Notes: generated from the letters alone by a model not told the origin. Positions 13,735-28,897 are shown, counted from the first letter of the stretch. The stretch: DNA of 64,000 bases from Octopus sinensis (GCF_006345805.1 NC_043008.1:62992001-63056000), one strand, 5' to 3'. Translations and numbers: made by a program.

Positions 13735-14451
13735 TTAACAAAATTTAGGCAGCAGGCTGGTAGAATTGTTAACATGATGGGTGAAATGCTTAGTGGCATT
13801 TCGCCTGTCTCATGTTCTGAGTTCAAATTCTGCAGAAGTCAACTTCACTTTTCATTGTTTAAGGGTCAATAACATCAGTACCAGTTGAGTACTGGGGTTG
13901 ATATAATCAGCTTACTCCATCACCCCAAACTATTGGCCTTGTGCCAAAATTTACGGCTAATATCCTTTTCTACTCTAGGCACAAGGTCCAAAAGTTTTGA
14001 GGAGGGGGCCAGGCGATTAGATCGACTCCAGTATGCAACTGGTACTTAACTTATCGACCCCAAAAGAATGAAAGGCAAAGTCGACCTCAGCGAAATTTGA
14101 AACAAATATTAACTAGATTTATGTTCTGATTTCAAATTCAGCTGTAGATAACTTGGACTTTCATTCTTCCAGGTGTTGATAAATTCAATGCCAGTGACAC
14201 GTAAAAGCACCCATTACACTCTCAGAGTCATTAGCATTTGGAAGGGCATCCAGCTGTATAAATACAAAATCAGACTGGAGTCTGGTGCAGCCTTCCAGCA
14301 TGCAAGCCCAGTCATACTGTTCAACCCATGCCAACATGGACAACAGAAATTAAATGATGATGATACACACACACACACATACACACATATATACACATAG
14401 TATGCATTATGTAGGCACTACATATGTGTATATATATGTATATAGATAGAT

Positions 14452-14486
<35 letters not shown>

Positions 14487-14907
14487 CATACATACATACA
14501 TACATACATAGACACACACATACACACACACATACACACACACACTGACACACACATACACAAAAATACATACATATATGGGCTTCTTTCAATTTCCATC
14601 AAACAAATCTACTCACAAGTCTTTTATAAGTCCATGTCCATAGAAAAATACACTAGCTCAAAATACCACATTGTGGGACTGTGCCCCAAGCCATGTATCA
14701 GAGAAGCAAACTTCTTTGTCTCACAGACATGCCTGTGTCTATGCAATGAGCTGCTGAAAATATTAACTCAAAGATATATATTGATTTAATGTAAGCCTAA
14801 TGAGAAATTCAGACAGGTTTCATCCAGTCTTATTAGATCTCTTCAGCAAACCATGATATTTCACAGTGCTTCCCAGATGTTGCAATCAGGATCACTATGT
14901 AGGTGCA

Positions 14908-14942
14908 ACACACACACACACAAGCTCACACACACACACATA

Positions 14943-15041
<99 letters not shown>

Positions 15042-15052
15042 CACACACACAT
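14908..15052. repeat. (CA)n microsatellite
   Basis: Direct reading. Confidence 0.95.
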
Positions 15053-15666
15053 ATATATGAGTTTTGTTATGATATGTGGTTTGTGCCTGAAGAATATGCT
15101 TGAGTTTTCTCAACATATGAAACTATTAGTAATATTTTAATACATCTATTGTGACTTTAAATAAATAATATTTATCTCTCACCAGATGGAGTACATTTTT
15201 TGTTGAATTTTCTATCACAGAATTGGATGATGATGATGATGATATACATATATATAATATATATTATATAAATATATGCATATAGGTAAATACCTACATA
15301 TATATGTATATATACATGCCTATATGGGAACAGGACATAAAAAAAACGTTGAACACAATGAGAAACGAAAACATAAAGACAAAAACATAGAGAACAAATT
15401 TTTTTCGAACAACGGAAAAACAAGCAAACAGAGAAACGAGACTGACAACATAAAGAATATTCCCCTTCATCAGTTGTCCCTATTTATATATTGTTTATAT
15501 TATTATATGATTGAACGCCACACATACATTTCCAAGTAAGTTTTATCTCTCTCTCTCTCTTTGTCTGTCTGTCTGTCCGTCTATCTCTCTCTTTCTCTCT
15601 CTCTCTCTCTATACATATATATATATTTCTTCCAAGTAAGTTTTATATATATATATATATATATGT

Positions 15667-15885
15667 CTTTTACTCTTTTACTCTTTTACTTGTTTCAGTC
15701 ATTTGACTGTGGCCATGCTGGAGCATCGCCTTTAATCGAGCAACTCGACCCTGGGACTTATTCTTTTGTAAGCCCAGCACTTATTCTATCAGTCTCTTTT
15801 GCCGCTAAGTGACGGGGACATAAACACACCAGCATCGGTTGTCAAGCAATGCTAGGGGGACAAACACAGACACACAAAGATATAT

Positions 15886-15935
<50 letters not shown>

Positions 15936-16092
15936 GACAGGCTTCTTTCAGCTTCCGTCTACCAAATCCACTCACAAGGCTTTGGTCGGCCCGAGGCTAT
16001 AGTAGAAGACACTTGCCCAAGGTGCCACGCAGTGGGACTGAACCAGGAACCATGTGGTTCACAAGCAAGCTACTTACCACACAGCCACTCCC
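15667..16092 (-). mobile_element. SINE family A
   Basis: Homologous full-length copy. Confidence 0.9.
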
Positions 16093-16474
16093 ACATCTAT
16101 CTATCTATATATATATATAACGGGAAGCTTTATGAAAATAAACAAAAGACGAAATGTATATGCATACACGCAGAAGTTGCCATGGCAACATGGCTGAAGA
16201 AAAATCAGACTTAACAGTTGAATGAGTATTCATACACATAATGAAATGAGTAAGCAAAACTTAATTCCAGCCAATTAAATTTACCTTTAAATTGAGGAGA
16301 GTTAAACATAACCCCAAGAAGAGATGAAAACAATTTGGATTTCCATCTCCTTTGTCTTGGCTAAATTTGATTAACTTTAATGATCAAACCTTCGTTATGT
16401 CCTCAGCTCCTTACTGTCAAAGAAATCTAATAATCAGAATCGTTTTTTTGCTTCTCATAATTACTACTGCTACC

Positions 16475-16510
16475 AACACCACCACCACCACCACCACCAC
16501 CACCATTATC

Positions 16511-16549
<39 letters not shown>

Positions 16550-16559
16550 GTTATCATTG

Positions 16560-16590
<31 letters not shown>

Positions 16591-16950
16591 TATCATCATC
16601 GTTATCATCATCGTTATCATCATCATCACCATCATCGTTATCCTCCTCCTCCTCCTCCTCCTCCTCATCATCATCATCATCGTTATCATCATCATCATCA
16701 TCATTGTTATCATCATCATCATCATCATCATGATCGTTATCATCATCATGATCGTCATCATCATCATCGTCATCATCATCATCGTCATCCTCATCATCAT
16801 GATCATCATTATCATCATCATGATCATCGTTATCATCATCATCATGATCATCGTTATCATCATCATCATCATCATCGTCGTCATCATCATCATCGTCATC
16901 ATCATCATTGTCATCATCATCATCATTGTCATCATCATCATCATCAACAT
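16475..16950. repeat. (ATC)n microsatellite, expanded tail of an RTE 3' fragment at 16950-17160
   Basis: Direct reading; the adjacent sequence matches the RTE 3' end on the minus strand. Confidence 0.9.
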
Positions 16951-17615
16951 CGTCTACGTCATCTACAGTTTGTTTTCCATGCTGGCATGTGTTGGAAGGT
17001 TTGACAGGAGCTGGCTGACTGGAGAGTAGCCCAGGTTGCCTGTTTCGGCATGGTCGCTACAGCTGGATGCCCTTCCTAAAACCGACCACTTCACAGAATG
17101 TACTGGGTGCTTTTTTTTACATGGCACCAGATTGGACCCTTAGATGTGGCACCAGCACACCTACTTTTACATAGCACCAGCAAGCACTCAACTATTGCAC
17201 TTCATGCAGATGGCATTCCTAAGAAATTCCTATTACCATTTCTTAAACATTTAGCCAACTTGCTTCTGTTTACAGGCTCCAAGATCTGTGTATCACAATG
17301 ATATTGTTGACCAACATGTTTATTATTTCCTTGGCCTGTAACCATGATGTCTTCAAAATGTTACTTAATGGAATATTCTAGATTATATTAGCTTTGCTAC
17401 AATTGATGTCATTCTACCAATCTCCATTTCATCGGAAACATTTCTCTACATCATTATCAATTTGTTTGACAATAGATTCTACTCCATATAGAAGTAAATG
17501 TGAAAATGAAATTAGAAACTCTGGCAGGCTTGGCACCATTTCCCCATGCTACTTAAATTGCTAAAATTCTTCTTTCTTTGTATATATCTAGATCGAAGAT
17601 TTTAATCCAAAATAG

Positions 17616-17660
<45 letters not shown>

Positions 17661-17711
17661 GTTACAGCTGCTGCTGATATTAATACTAAAACTACTACTA
17701 ATGATAATAAA

Positions 17712-18239
17712 TATTTCTACTCTAGGCACAAGGCCTTGAAAATTTTGCGGGCGGGAGACTAATCGATTTCATCAACCCCAGTGTGTAACTGGTACTTATT
17801 TCATCGACCCCTGAGAGGATAAAAGGCAAAGTTGACCTCGGCAGACTTTGAACTCTGAAAATAGTGGTAGACGAAAAACTGCTAAGCATTTCGCCTGGTA
17901 TGCTAATGATTCTGCCAGTTCACCACTTTAATAAAAATGATAATAATAATAATGGTTTCAAATTTTGGTATAAGGCCAGCAATATTGGGGCTGGGGTAAG
18001 ACGATTATTTCAGCTCTAGTGTTGAATTGGTACTTATTTTATCATGCCTGAAAGGACGAAGGGCAAAGTCAACATCGGAGGAATTTGAACTCAGAATATA
18101 AAGACGGATGGAATGCCACTAAGCACTTTGCCTGGCATGCGAATGGTTCTGCCAGCTTACCACCTTAATAATAATAATAATAATAATAATAGTAATAATA
18201 ATAGTAATAATAATAGTAATAGTAATGATAATAATAATT

Positions 18240-18282
<43 letters not shown>

Positions 18283-18555
18283 TAATAATATAATAACAAC
18301 AACAACAATAATAATAATAATAGTAATAATGAAACAAGCCTTTCTAATTTTGGTACAAGGCCAGCAATTTTGAGTGTAGGAGGATGTTGATTACTTTGAC
18401 CTCAGGGCTTGAAAGGTACTTAAGTTATCATCCATGTAAGGATAAAAAGCAATTTTGAACTTGGCAGAATTTGAACTCAGAATGTAAAGAGCCAGAAGAA
18501 ATGACAGTGAGCATTTTGTTTGATAAGGTAAACAGTTCTGCCAGGTCACCACATT
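17712..18555 (-). mobile_element. Cluster of three SINE family B (MetaSINE-like) copies with (AAT)n spacers
   Basis: Each carries GGTACTTATTT.ATC...GGCAAAGT..AC.TCGG..GAATTTGAACTC. Confidence 0.8.
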
Positions 18556-18636
18556 AAAGAAAAATGTAATAATAGGAATAATAATGCTGCTGCTGCTGCT
18601 GCTGATGATGAGAATTATGATAAGGATGATGATGAA

Positions 18637-18701
<65 letters not shown>

Positions 18702-18730
18702 GAAGAAGAAGAAGAAGAAGAAGAAGAATT

Positions 18731-19030
18731 GCTACCTAACTCAGATACCAGGAAACCCAAAAATGGCAGAAATTCAAAAGATAGTGCTCATGGGAACTGT
18801 TCATATCCTACGCAAAATACTTTCTATGTAATCTCAGGGTTTAAAACAAACATAATTTTCGTTTTTTTCTTTTTTTTTTGACATTCACTAGTACAACACC
18901 GAAAAAAAACCAAATATATGGCACACTAGGCATAACAACAACATGAACTTCCAACCTGTTGTCTCTTGAGGTCTCTGGGTGAGACTTGGAGCCAGCTTGT
19001 ACAAATATAAAGCAAAAGTCAAACATAGAA
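18731..19030 (+). mobile_element. R4/Dong-like LINE 3' end
   Basis: YLTQIPGNPKMAEIQKIVLMGTVHILRKILSM* then UTR; flanked by (TAA)n on both sides. Confidence 0.75.
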
Positions 19031-19092
19031 TAATAATAATAATAATAATAAAAATAATAATAATAATAACAATAATAATAATAATAATAATA

Positions 19093-19123
<31 letters not shown>

Positions 19124-19124
19124 T

Positions 19125-19485
19125 CAATTCAAACATATGGCAATGTATCTCTAAATGAAACAGAGAAACTCTCAAAGAACAAAGATCTGGCAATAGAAAC
19201 AACCTGAATGTGGAACCTAAAAACAGAAAAAAATCCTTATAATAATAGGTGCATTAGGTATGATTAAAAAACATTTAGATAAATACATAACCAAAACACC
19301 TGAACTTACAGATTTATATATAACGTACAGGAAATAGTACTATGAGGCAGCACACACATCCTGCATAAAACACTTTCATTACAGAGAAAATACCAACACC
19401 AAGACAAACCACTACACATACCGAAGGACATGGAACTGCACTTGGTAGTGCAGCAAAAGTACATGATAAAAATGACACTACTAAA
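19125..19485 (+). mobile_element. R4/Dong-like LINE restriction-like endonuclease remnant
   Basis: NVSLNETEKLSKNKDLAIETT*MWNLKTE / IIIGALGMIKKHLDKYI / VQEIVL*GSTHILHKTLS matches the RLE pattern EK..KY.DL...W...P...GALG. Confidence 0.8.
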
Positions 19486-19654
19486 TGATGATGATGATGC
19501 TAATATTTTCTACTATAGGCATATAGCCTGAATTTTTGTATTGGAGGGGATAATCGATCATATTGACCACAGTACTTAACTGTTACTTAATTTATCAACC
19601 TTGAAGGGAGGAAAGGCAAAGTCCATCTTGGTGGGATTTGAACTCAGAACATAG

Positions 19655-19886
19655 TTATTTCTTTACTACCCACAAGGGGCTAAACACAGAGGGGACAAAC
19701 AAGGATAGACAAAGGGATTAAGTCGATTACATCGACCCCAGTGCGTAACTGGTACTTAATTTATCGACCCCGAAAGGATGAAAGGTAAGGTTGACCTCGG
19801 CTGAATTTGAACTCAGAACATAGTGGCAGATGAAATACCGCTAAGCATTTCACCCACCATGCTAACGATCCTGCAAGCTCACTGCC

Positions 19887-19888
<2 letters not shown>
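19655..19888 (-). mobile_element. SINE family B (MetaSINE-like)
   Basis: Full copy homologous to 32479-32712. Confidence 0.85.
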
Positions 19889-19931
<43 letters not shown>

Positions 19932-20585
19932 GCAACAATAGTAAACAAATAAGAAGAGAAAAAGAGACATAAATCAAAATATATTTTATATTCTTAGTTT
20001 TATTTCTATTAACATTCCGGCTGATGTCATATCGACATTAATTTCAATTGATGTGAGTGTGTCATCAAATGTATGTGTGTGTGTGTGTGTAAGTGTTTGA
20101 GTTAAGTATATTTCTGTATGTGTTTGTGTAAGTATGCATTAAAAATTCAGAGACAGTTACATTAATTGAAACCCATAGAAATAGTATAACCAAATAAACT
20201 CGATGTTTAACCAAAATATTATTAAGCAGAGAAACCTGCAAAGATTCATAAAATTTCGCTAAAATAGAACTGTTTAAGGGTTTAAATAGAAACCATATAT
20301 TTTTGCTCAACAAATGGGTGTATGTTAGTTTCCATGTCATAGACGGAAATTTAATCTAGTGAAATTGTAAGAATAAATGAATAGTTATGATTTGTAAGGT
20401 GATAGAAAAAGAATTTTAATTTGGAATTAAATTTTTAAAAATCCCATATTTCAAAAGTGAACAAAGAAATCAAGATAATAAATATCTGTGTTGGAAAATT
20501 GTTATTTACACACACATAGGTACGTATATTTACATTATTGCTCATGTATATATGTGTGTGTGTGTGTGCATGTGTATATATAGAC

Positions 20586-20628
<43 letters not shown>

Positions 20629-22674
20629 TATGATATATATATATAGATAGATAGATATATGTACACACACACATATATTACTTATATGCAACATAGATAC
20701 ATGTATGTGTGTATATATAATGTATATGAATATAGGTGTGTAAATGAAGTGTAGAAACATCAATAGTTATAATTTTTTGTGATGTACCAGCCAATATGCA
20801 CTGCATACACACAAACACACAAGCACAGACACATCCACAAACACACATACACACATATCCACAAACACACACACACACACAAACATAAACTTATGATGTA
20901 TTTCCAAATAAAACTAATATGTGTATTTGCTTTTATATATTGGAAATAAAAATTCCTTTATATTTTCATGTATAGAAAATATGTGTATAGATACACACAT
21001 ACACACAGAGGCACACAAAATGTATCATATACTATATGAATTGATTAATTCCTATGCAAAACATACTTTTATTAAACACTTTTAGGGTTGCTCCACACAC
21101 ACATACACACACATTGTATTTTCTACAATGGAATAAAATGGAAACAAATACATGCTAGAAGAAAGCACTGAGAAAACGTCAAACACCGTATCTAATCTTG
21201 GTGTAATATTTATTAGACCCATATATTCAATTAAATTCAATCCACTACTACTTTCATACTCAACTTCATGAATGTGTTTTGGAGACAGAATCACTTCAGA
21301 TGACATTCTTTTAATACAGAGGTGGGTATTTCTTGGCAAATTTGGAGACATGCCATGACCAACTTTTAATTCTCTTGGAAAATTCTTTTCAGCAATGTGT
21401 AAGGTATTTGTAAAAAATATCTTTAAATATTTTTCATCTATTCCTTCTCTGGGTTCAATAAAATATCATTATGTAGCTACTAATGCCTCATATTTCGACA
21501 CCTTGCATAATTCTATGACGACCTCATTCATGCTAATGTAAAGTCGTTGATATTAAGAACGGCATCTAACCAGAGATCTAACTGTAGAAACCATGGCAAA
21601 ATTGAGATACTGCAGCAAACCATGGTCTTCAACCTGTTGCATCCTGTTGAGCCTAACAGCCCAAACCAGTATGGGAAGTAGAGAATGATGATGATGATCC
21701 TGATGATCATGATGATGATAGCAGTAGTGGTGGGGGTGGGGTGTTGATGGTGAGTGTGACGATGGTAGTGGGGGTGGTGATGTGATGGTGGTTAAAGTGA
21801 TGTTGATGCTACTGATGATGACAATGGTGATAACAAGAAAGGAAAATCATCATCATCATCATCATCATCATTATCATCATCATTGTCGTCGCTGTTGTCA
21901 TATTTGTCATAACCACCATCAAGGTTATAGTGATGACGGTGAGGCAATGATGATGATGTGATGATGATAATGATAAGGATAATAACATTTCAGTTTGTAG
22001 AAAAGACCTTAAACTGTTTTTCATCTGTGTATATATATATAGGTAGATATATAGATATAAGTATACACACACATATATACTACTTATATGAAACACACAT
22101 ATATATATATATATGTATGTGTGTATATATAATGTATATGAATATAGGTGTTCAATAAAATATCTAACCAGTCATTTTTTTTGTGTGTGCTTTTTTTTTT
22201 TTAGATAATTGATACAAACATTGTTTCAGTCGCCTTTAGACTTGAAGAAATTCTATTGAATGTGTTCAATTATGTAACATATTTACAGAATATTTGCATA
22301 CACAGTTAGAATTTAGAATTACTATGTTTAAGTAGAATCATCTGGAAATACTTCATATTTATAAAAGCAGACAAATAAAACAGCGGCAGAAAGAAAGACT
22401 CTGACATTCTACATTTCAACTTTTCTCTCTGTAAAAATGTCCTGACACTTCACTTGGCATCATTTATGATTTCTCTGATAGTCTGTGATATGTTACTATG
22501 CATGGGTTCTTCATCCTCACCGTTGTACGAAATGAAAAACAGAGACCCTGTGGAACTTTGCTGAAATCTTTTGTTGGTCTACATGAATTAATAATAAATA
22601 TTTCTTTGCATTCTATGCTCCTATTATAAATATCATTTTCTTCCTTTCCTCCTCCCTCTCTCTCTCTCTTTCCG

Positions 22675-22709
<35 letters not shown>

Positions 22710-22754
22710 GTGGTGTGTGTGTGTGTGTAGATGTATATATATATATATAATATA

Positions 22755-22795
<41 letters not shown>

Positions 22796-23001
22796 AAATA
22801 TTATTAGAGACAAAACCACTATATGTATATATATGTATATGTGCATATATATATATATGTATATGAGTATGTATATATATATATGTGTGTGTGTGTAAGA
22901 CACACACATTCTCGCTCTTTCTCACTATCTCTATCTCTCTCTGTCTATATATATATATATATATATCTTACACACATACACACATACACTCTCTCTCTCT
23001 C

Positions 23002-23045
<44 letters not shown>

Positions 23046-23334
23046 GCATATATTTAATTAGTTTTTGCATTTATAACTGATATTAAATTTACATTCATAT
23101 ACACTTTGGATTGCATTTAAATAAATAATGCCACAGAGAGGATGTATTGTGAAATATCAAACAATATACAACCTTTCCAGCAGTTTCTTTTGGAATATTG
23201 TCTGGAATGAAATAAAGAAATAAATGTTTTCCAAATGCATTTGTTTAATCTGATTCAATTTTCTGAGTCCATATAAAAACCACAAATCCTAAACATTTTA
23301 TAATTCTAGATTTCACTAGTTGAATTGGTACAGT

Positions 23335-23576
23335 TGTTAGAGAGTTGGATAAAATAACTCACAAGATGCAGTGCAACACCAGGTTCAAATCCTGCTGAGG
23401 CCAACTTACTTTTCCACCATCTTGGGATCGATAAAAAATTACTTATCCAGAGCAGTGTTAGAGAGTTGGATAAAATAACTCACAAGATGCAGTGCAGCAA
23501 CAGGTTCAAATCCTGCTGAGGCCAACTTACTTTTCTACCATCTTGGGATCGATAAAAAATTACTTATCCAGAGCAG
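23335..23576 (+). repeat. 121-bp tandem duplication of a decayed SINE B
   Basis: 23335-23455 and 23456-23576 are nearly identical. Confidence 0.9.
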
Positions 23577-24516
23577 TGAATTAACCAAACACTTAGAACA
23601 TCAGACAAGATAACTTTCAGTATTTTCTTTGTCTCTTAATGATCTGAGTTCAAATCCTGTAATAGCTTGCTTTATTGGTAGACATAATCTATGCCTGGTT
23701 CAACCACCTGACCTGGCACTCGAGTGCCTTTAACAGAGTTCAATCTGGGACAAGTATGTGGGCCAGGTCACTAGTATTAGGACATTGGCTTCCTCCTAAC
23801 TAAAAGATATCTAAGGAGAGAAACATTGAATGCCACAACAATGATTAGTTAGGATAAAATTGTAAAATAAACTTTAGAACTATTGAAGCTTATGTATAGT
23901 ACATGCTTTAAAAATACTTTTTAAAATTTGTAATATGATATTTTTATTAATTTTTTCTTAAATTTTATAAATTACTTAGAAAAAATTTATTATGTTTATG
24001 ACTTAATTCATTAAAATCAATTAATTATTCAAATATATAACTGCTAAAATTGCATCTCTGAGATCTGGTTCTTTTATTAGTGTTCCTGATGTGTGTGTTT
24101 GTATGTATAAATATATATATTCTTTTTTACTCTAGACATAAGGCCTGAAATTTTGGGGAAGTGAACCAGTCAATCAGATTGACCCAGTATGCAACTGGTA
24201 CTTAATTTATTGACCCCAAAAGGTTGAAAGGCAAAGTCGACCTTGGTGGAATTTGAACTCAGAACATAAAGACAGACAAAACACTGCTAAGCATTTTACC
24301 CGGTGTGCTAAAGCTTCTAGCAGCTCACCACCTTGCGTATAAATATATATTGTATATAGGCATGAATGGGTGGGAAGAAGCTTACTTCCCAACCATACTG
24401 TTCCAGGTTCAGTCCCACTGCATGGCACCTGTGAAAAGTGTCTTCACTCTAGTCTTGAACCCACCAAAACCTTGTGAGAGAATTTAGTAGACGGAAACTG
24501 AAAGAAGCTCATCATG

Positions 24517-24551
<35 letters not shown>

Positions 24552-24559
24552 ATACATAT

Positions 24560-26190
24560 ATCATCATCATCATCATCATCATCATCGTTTAGCGTCCGTT
24601 TTCCATGCTAGCATGGGTTGGACGGTTCTACTGGGGTCTGTGAAGCCAGAAGGCTTCATCAGGCCCAGTCAAATCTGGCAGTGTTTCTACGGCTGGATGC
24701 CCTTCCTAACGCCAACCACTCCGTGAGTGTAGTGGGTGCTTTTTACGTGCCACCCGCACTGGTGCCAGACAGAGCTGGCAAACGGCCACGAACGGATGGT
24801 GCTTTTTATGTGCCACCGGCACGAGGGCCAGGCGAGGCTGGCAACGGACACGAAACGGGGCGGTGCTGGCAACGGTCGCGAAACGGAAAGTTCTCTTACA
24901 TGCCACCGGCACTGGTAACACATCTGCAATTTCCATTGATCGATTTCCATTGATTGATTTCGATTCTGATCCTCACTTGCCTCAACGGGTCTTCACAAGT
25001 AGAGTTTCGACATGCCACCGGCACTGGTAACACATCCGCAATTTCCATTGATCGATTTCGATTCTGATCCTCACTTGCCTCAACACGTCTTCACAAGTAG
25101 AGTTTTGTGTCCCAAGAAGGGAAGGTATGCATACGTAGGCTGGCTCCATCCCATGTAGAAGGCCACGAGTTATGGACTCACTTGTCCTGCCGGGTCTTCT
25201 CGCACACAGCACACTTCCAGAGGTCTCGGTCTCTAGTCATTTCCTCAGTGAGACCTAAAGTTCGAAGGTCATGCTTCACCACCTCGTCCCAGGTTTTCCT
25301 GGGTCTGCCTCTTCCACAGGTTCCCTCAACCGCTAGGGTGTGGCACTTTTTCACACAACTATCTTCATCCATTCTCGCCACATGACCATACCAGCGCAAA
25401 CGTCTCTCTTGCACACCACAACTGATGCTTCTTAGGTCCAGCTTTTCTCTCAACGTACTTACACTCTGCTGAGTGTGAGTACCGGCATTACACATCCACC
25501 GGAGCATACTGGCTTCATTTCTAGCGAGCTTACACATATCCTCAGCAGTCACGGCCCATGTTTCACTGCCATGTAGCATGGCTGTTCGTACACACGCATC
25601 ATACAGTCTGCCTTTCACTCTGTGCGAGAGGCCTTTTGTCACCAGCAGAGGTAAGAGCTCTCTGAACTTTGCCCAAGCTATTCTTACTCTAGCAGTTACA
25701 CTTTCAGCACACCTGCCCCCGCTGCTGACTTGGTCACCTAGGTAACGGAAACTATCAACTATTTCTAGTTTTTCTCCCTGGAAAGTGACGGAAGTTGGTC
25801 TCAGAGAATTTTCAGTGTTTATTGTTCCTCAGCATCTGCCACATACAAAAACCATCTTCCTAGTTAGCCTTCCTTTGACATTGCTGCATCTCTTATGTGT
25901 CCATAGCTTACACTTGGTGCATCTTATAGAGTTTCTACCTACACCTTTTCTACAGATCGAGCAGGGCCATCTACCTGAAGGTGTTTGTGATTTGTCTACC
26001 TTCCTACTGATTATGACTTTGGTTTTAGCTAGATTGACTCTGAGGCCCTTCGATTCTAATCCTTGTTTCCACACCTGAAACTTCTCCTCCAGTTCTGATA
26101 GCGACTCAGCAATTAGAGCAAGGTCATCAGCATAGAGGAGCTCCCAAGGGCATCCTGTCTTGAATTCCTCCGTTATTGCCTGGAGGACTA
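24560..26190 (-). mobile_element. 5'-truncated RTE LINE
   Basis: Minus ORF remnant 26190-25178 (YADD, PHD-like finger, RRLRWYGHV, GRGRPRKTW) with an internal stop; 3'UTR with repeat units ending in (GAT)n. Confidence 0.93.
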
Positions 26191-26618
26191 TATATATATA
26201 TATATGTGTGCGTGACTTTGTGTCTCTATTTGTTCCCCATCATTGCTTGACAACCGATGTTTGTGTGTTTATGTCCCTGTAATTTAGTGGTTTAGCAAAA
26301 AGAGTCCAATAGAAAAAGGACCCAGGCTTCATAAAATGTAAGAACTTGCGTCAATTTGCTCAACTACTAACTCTTCAATTTAGTGCTCCAGCATGGCCAC
26401 AGTCTGATGACTGAAATAAGAAAAAGTATACATACACACACACGTATCTATCTATCTATCTATCTATATATATATATATATATGTATATATCTACACACA
26501 TATACATATTTACACACATACATACATATATACATATAATTGTTAAAGAGGACAACAAATGTTAAGACAAGACAAACATCTCAAGTCATATATGTTATTA
26601 TTACTACAAAAATTCAAA

Positions 26619-26674
26619 GTCTTACAGCTGTTTCTGGGATATCCCAGAGTATGGGACATTCCGTCATCAGACAC
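26619..26674 (-). ncRNA. Type I hammerhead ribozyme in a PLE-like fragment (~26540-26760)
   Basis: GTGT-CTGATGA-C-GGAATGTCCCA-tactc-TGGGATATCCC-A-GAAAC-AGCT-GTA-AGAC: intact core, palindromic ACAGCTGT, one stem I mismatch. Confidence 0.75.
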
Positions 26675-26834
26675 AGAGAGGGAAAATGAGAAGAGTATAG
26701 ATTAATGAAATTATGACACAGAGGACAGGAGAAAATGAATAAGGAGATGAAGAAAGACATATCTATGTATATGTATACATATATACATATATATATATAT
26801 ATTATATATATATATATATATATACATATACATG

Positions 26835-26905
<71 letters not shown>

Positions 26906-27854
26906 TGTATGCATATATATATATATATACATATACATATACATATGCACACATATATATATATATACATATGCACATAGTTATGCATACATTATATACA
27001 TATATATGTTTTGTATGTATGTGCCTGTTTTTGCATCTGTGATTGTTCCCTGTCATCAATTGACAAGTGTTGATGTGTTTGTGTCCACATAACTTAGTGG
27101 TTTGGCAAAATGGTGAGATAGAATAGGTGGCAGGCATAAAACAAAAATAAATCCTGGGGTAAATTTGTGCGACTAAAATTCTTCAAGAGAGTTCCCAAGC
27201 ATGGCCAGTCTAATGACTGAAACAAGACAGATAAAAATATAAAAATATATTTATTTATTTATTTCTGTGTGTGTGTGTGTGTGTGTGTACAGACACACAA
27301 ACATGCAAATATATAAATGTATGCTGTTGACATCCTAATAATTTTATTAACTTAAAAAAAAACATGGAATAATATTTTGGCTTTTTTTGGAACATTAGCT
27401 CTGAAGGCACATCACATAAAGCTATAAATTTAAAGCTTCATGAGATTTGACTCAAGAGGCAATGTTTCAAAAGAAGATATAGCTATATGTTTGTGTCTGT
27501 GTGTGTGTATACATACATACACACACATATATATGGTTAACACATCACTGCAGTAAATACAATGACGAAATAAATTTAAATTTTACATATATATATACAC
27601 ACATGTATGTATGTATACATATATATGTATAGACAGATAGATAAATAAATAGGTAGACTGAGATATAGATAGATACTCGTATAAAAAGTATATATATATA
27701 TACATATATATGCATATATACGTATATATACACACACATATTTATATATATATGTATAAATCTATGTGATATTTGTAAATATCTATATATTAATGTATGC
27801 TTGTATATGTATATACACATAGTCTCATATATATGTGTGTGTGTTTGCAGATAG

Positions 27855-27909
<55 letters not shown>

Positions 27910-28491
27910 CAGAGATAAATGTATTTGTATTTTATGCACACATGTGTTTATGAACATAATTGTTGCACAACACTAGTAACATTTTTATTTCCTTTATTTC
28001 CTGTCTTTCAAAATAGAACAGCAATTATATGTATTTTGTGTTATGTCACCAAAAGAAGATATATATAAATAATTATAAATTATGGCTTAGTAAGAAAGAT
28101 ACGTTTGGAAAAAGCAACAGTAAATTTTCACAGTTGACAGTTGATGAAACCACAGACATATATCTTTATCAATAAATGTCTCATTCTGTGTTTAAATTCA
28201 AATCTGATTATTGCATTGCATACATACAATAGATAATACAGTTTGTTGGTAGAATACTTCAGTTGCAAGTCTGCAATGCAATTGCAAATCTGCACAAATT
28301 TATACATAGATGCAAGCATGGCTGTGTGGTAAGTAGCTTGCTTACCAACCACATGGTTCCGTGTTCAGTCCCACTTTTTGGCACTTGGGGCAAGTGTCTT
28401 CTACTATAGCCTCAGGCCGACCAAAGACTTGTGAGTGAATCTGGTAAGGAGAAACTGAAAGAAGCCCATCGTATATATATATATATATATA

Positions 28492-28817
28492 TCGGTGGCA
28501 CGTAAAAAGCACCATCCGAATCGTGGCCGAAGCCAGTGCCACCTCGACTGGCTTCTGTGCAAGTGGCACGTAAAATGCACCAATCCGACCATGGCCGATG
28601 CCAGCCTCACCTGGCTCCAGTGCAGATGGCACGTAAAAAGCACCCACTACACTCACGGAGTGGTTGGCGTTAGGAAGGGCATCCAGCTGTAGAAACATTG
28701 CCAGATAAGACCGGAGCCTGGTGCAGCCTTCTGGCTTCCCAGTTCCCCGGTCGAACCGTCCAACCCATGCTAGCATGGAGAACGGACGTTAAACGATGAT
28801 GATGATGATGATGATGA
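28492..28817 (+). mobile_element. RTE 3'UTR-only fragment
   Basis: GCACGTAAAAAGCACC units plus AGGAAGGGCATCCAGC...CCATGCTAGCATGG...(GAT)n; similar pieces at 14195-14363, 33180-33467, 59870-60275, 61935-62120. Confidence 0.85.
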
Positions 28818-28897
28818 TATATATATATATATATATACACGACAGGCTTCTTTCAGTTTCTCTCTCCCAAATTCACTCACAAGGCTTTATATATATA

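Noticed and set aside
15320-15481. CTGATGA motif in a dispersed repeat (also related to 48170-48240)
   Set aside because: No paired stem II followed by GAAA-stem III could be built.
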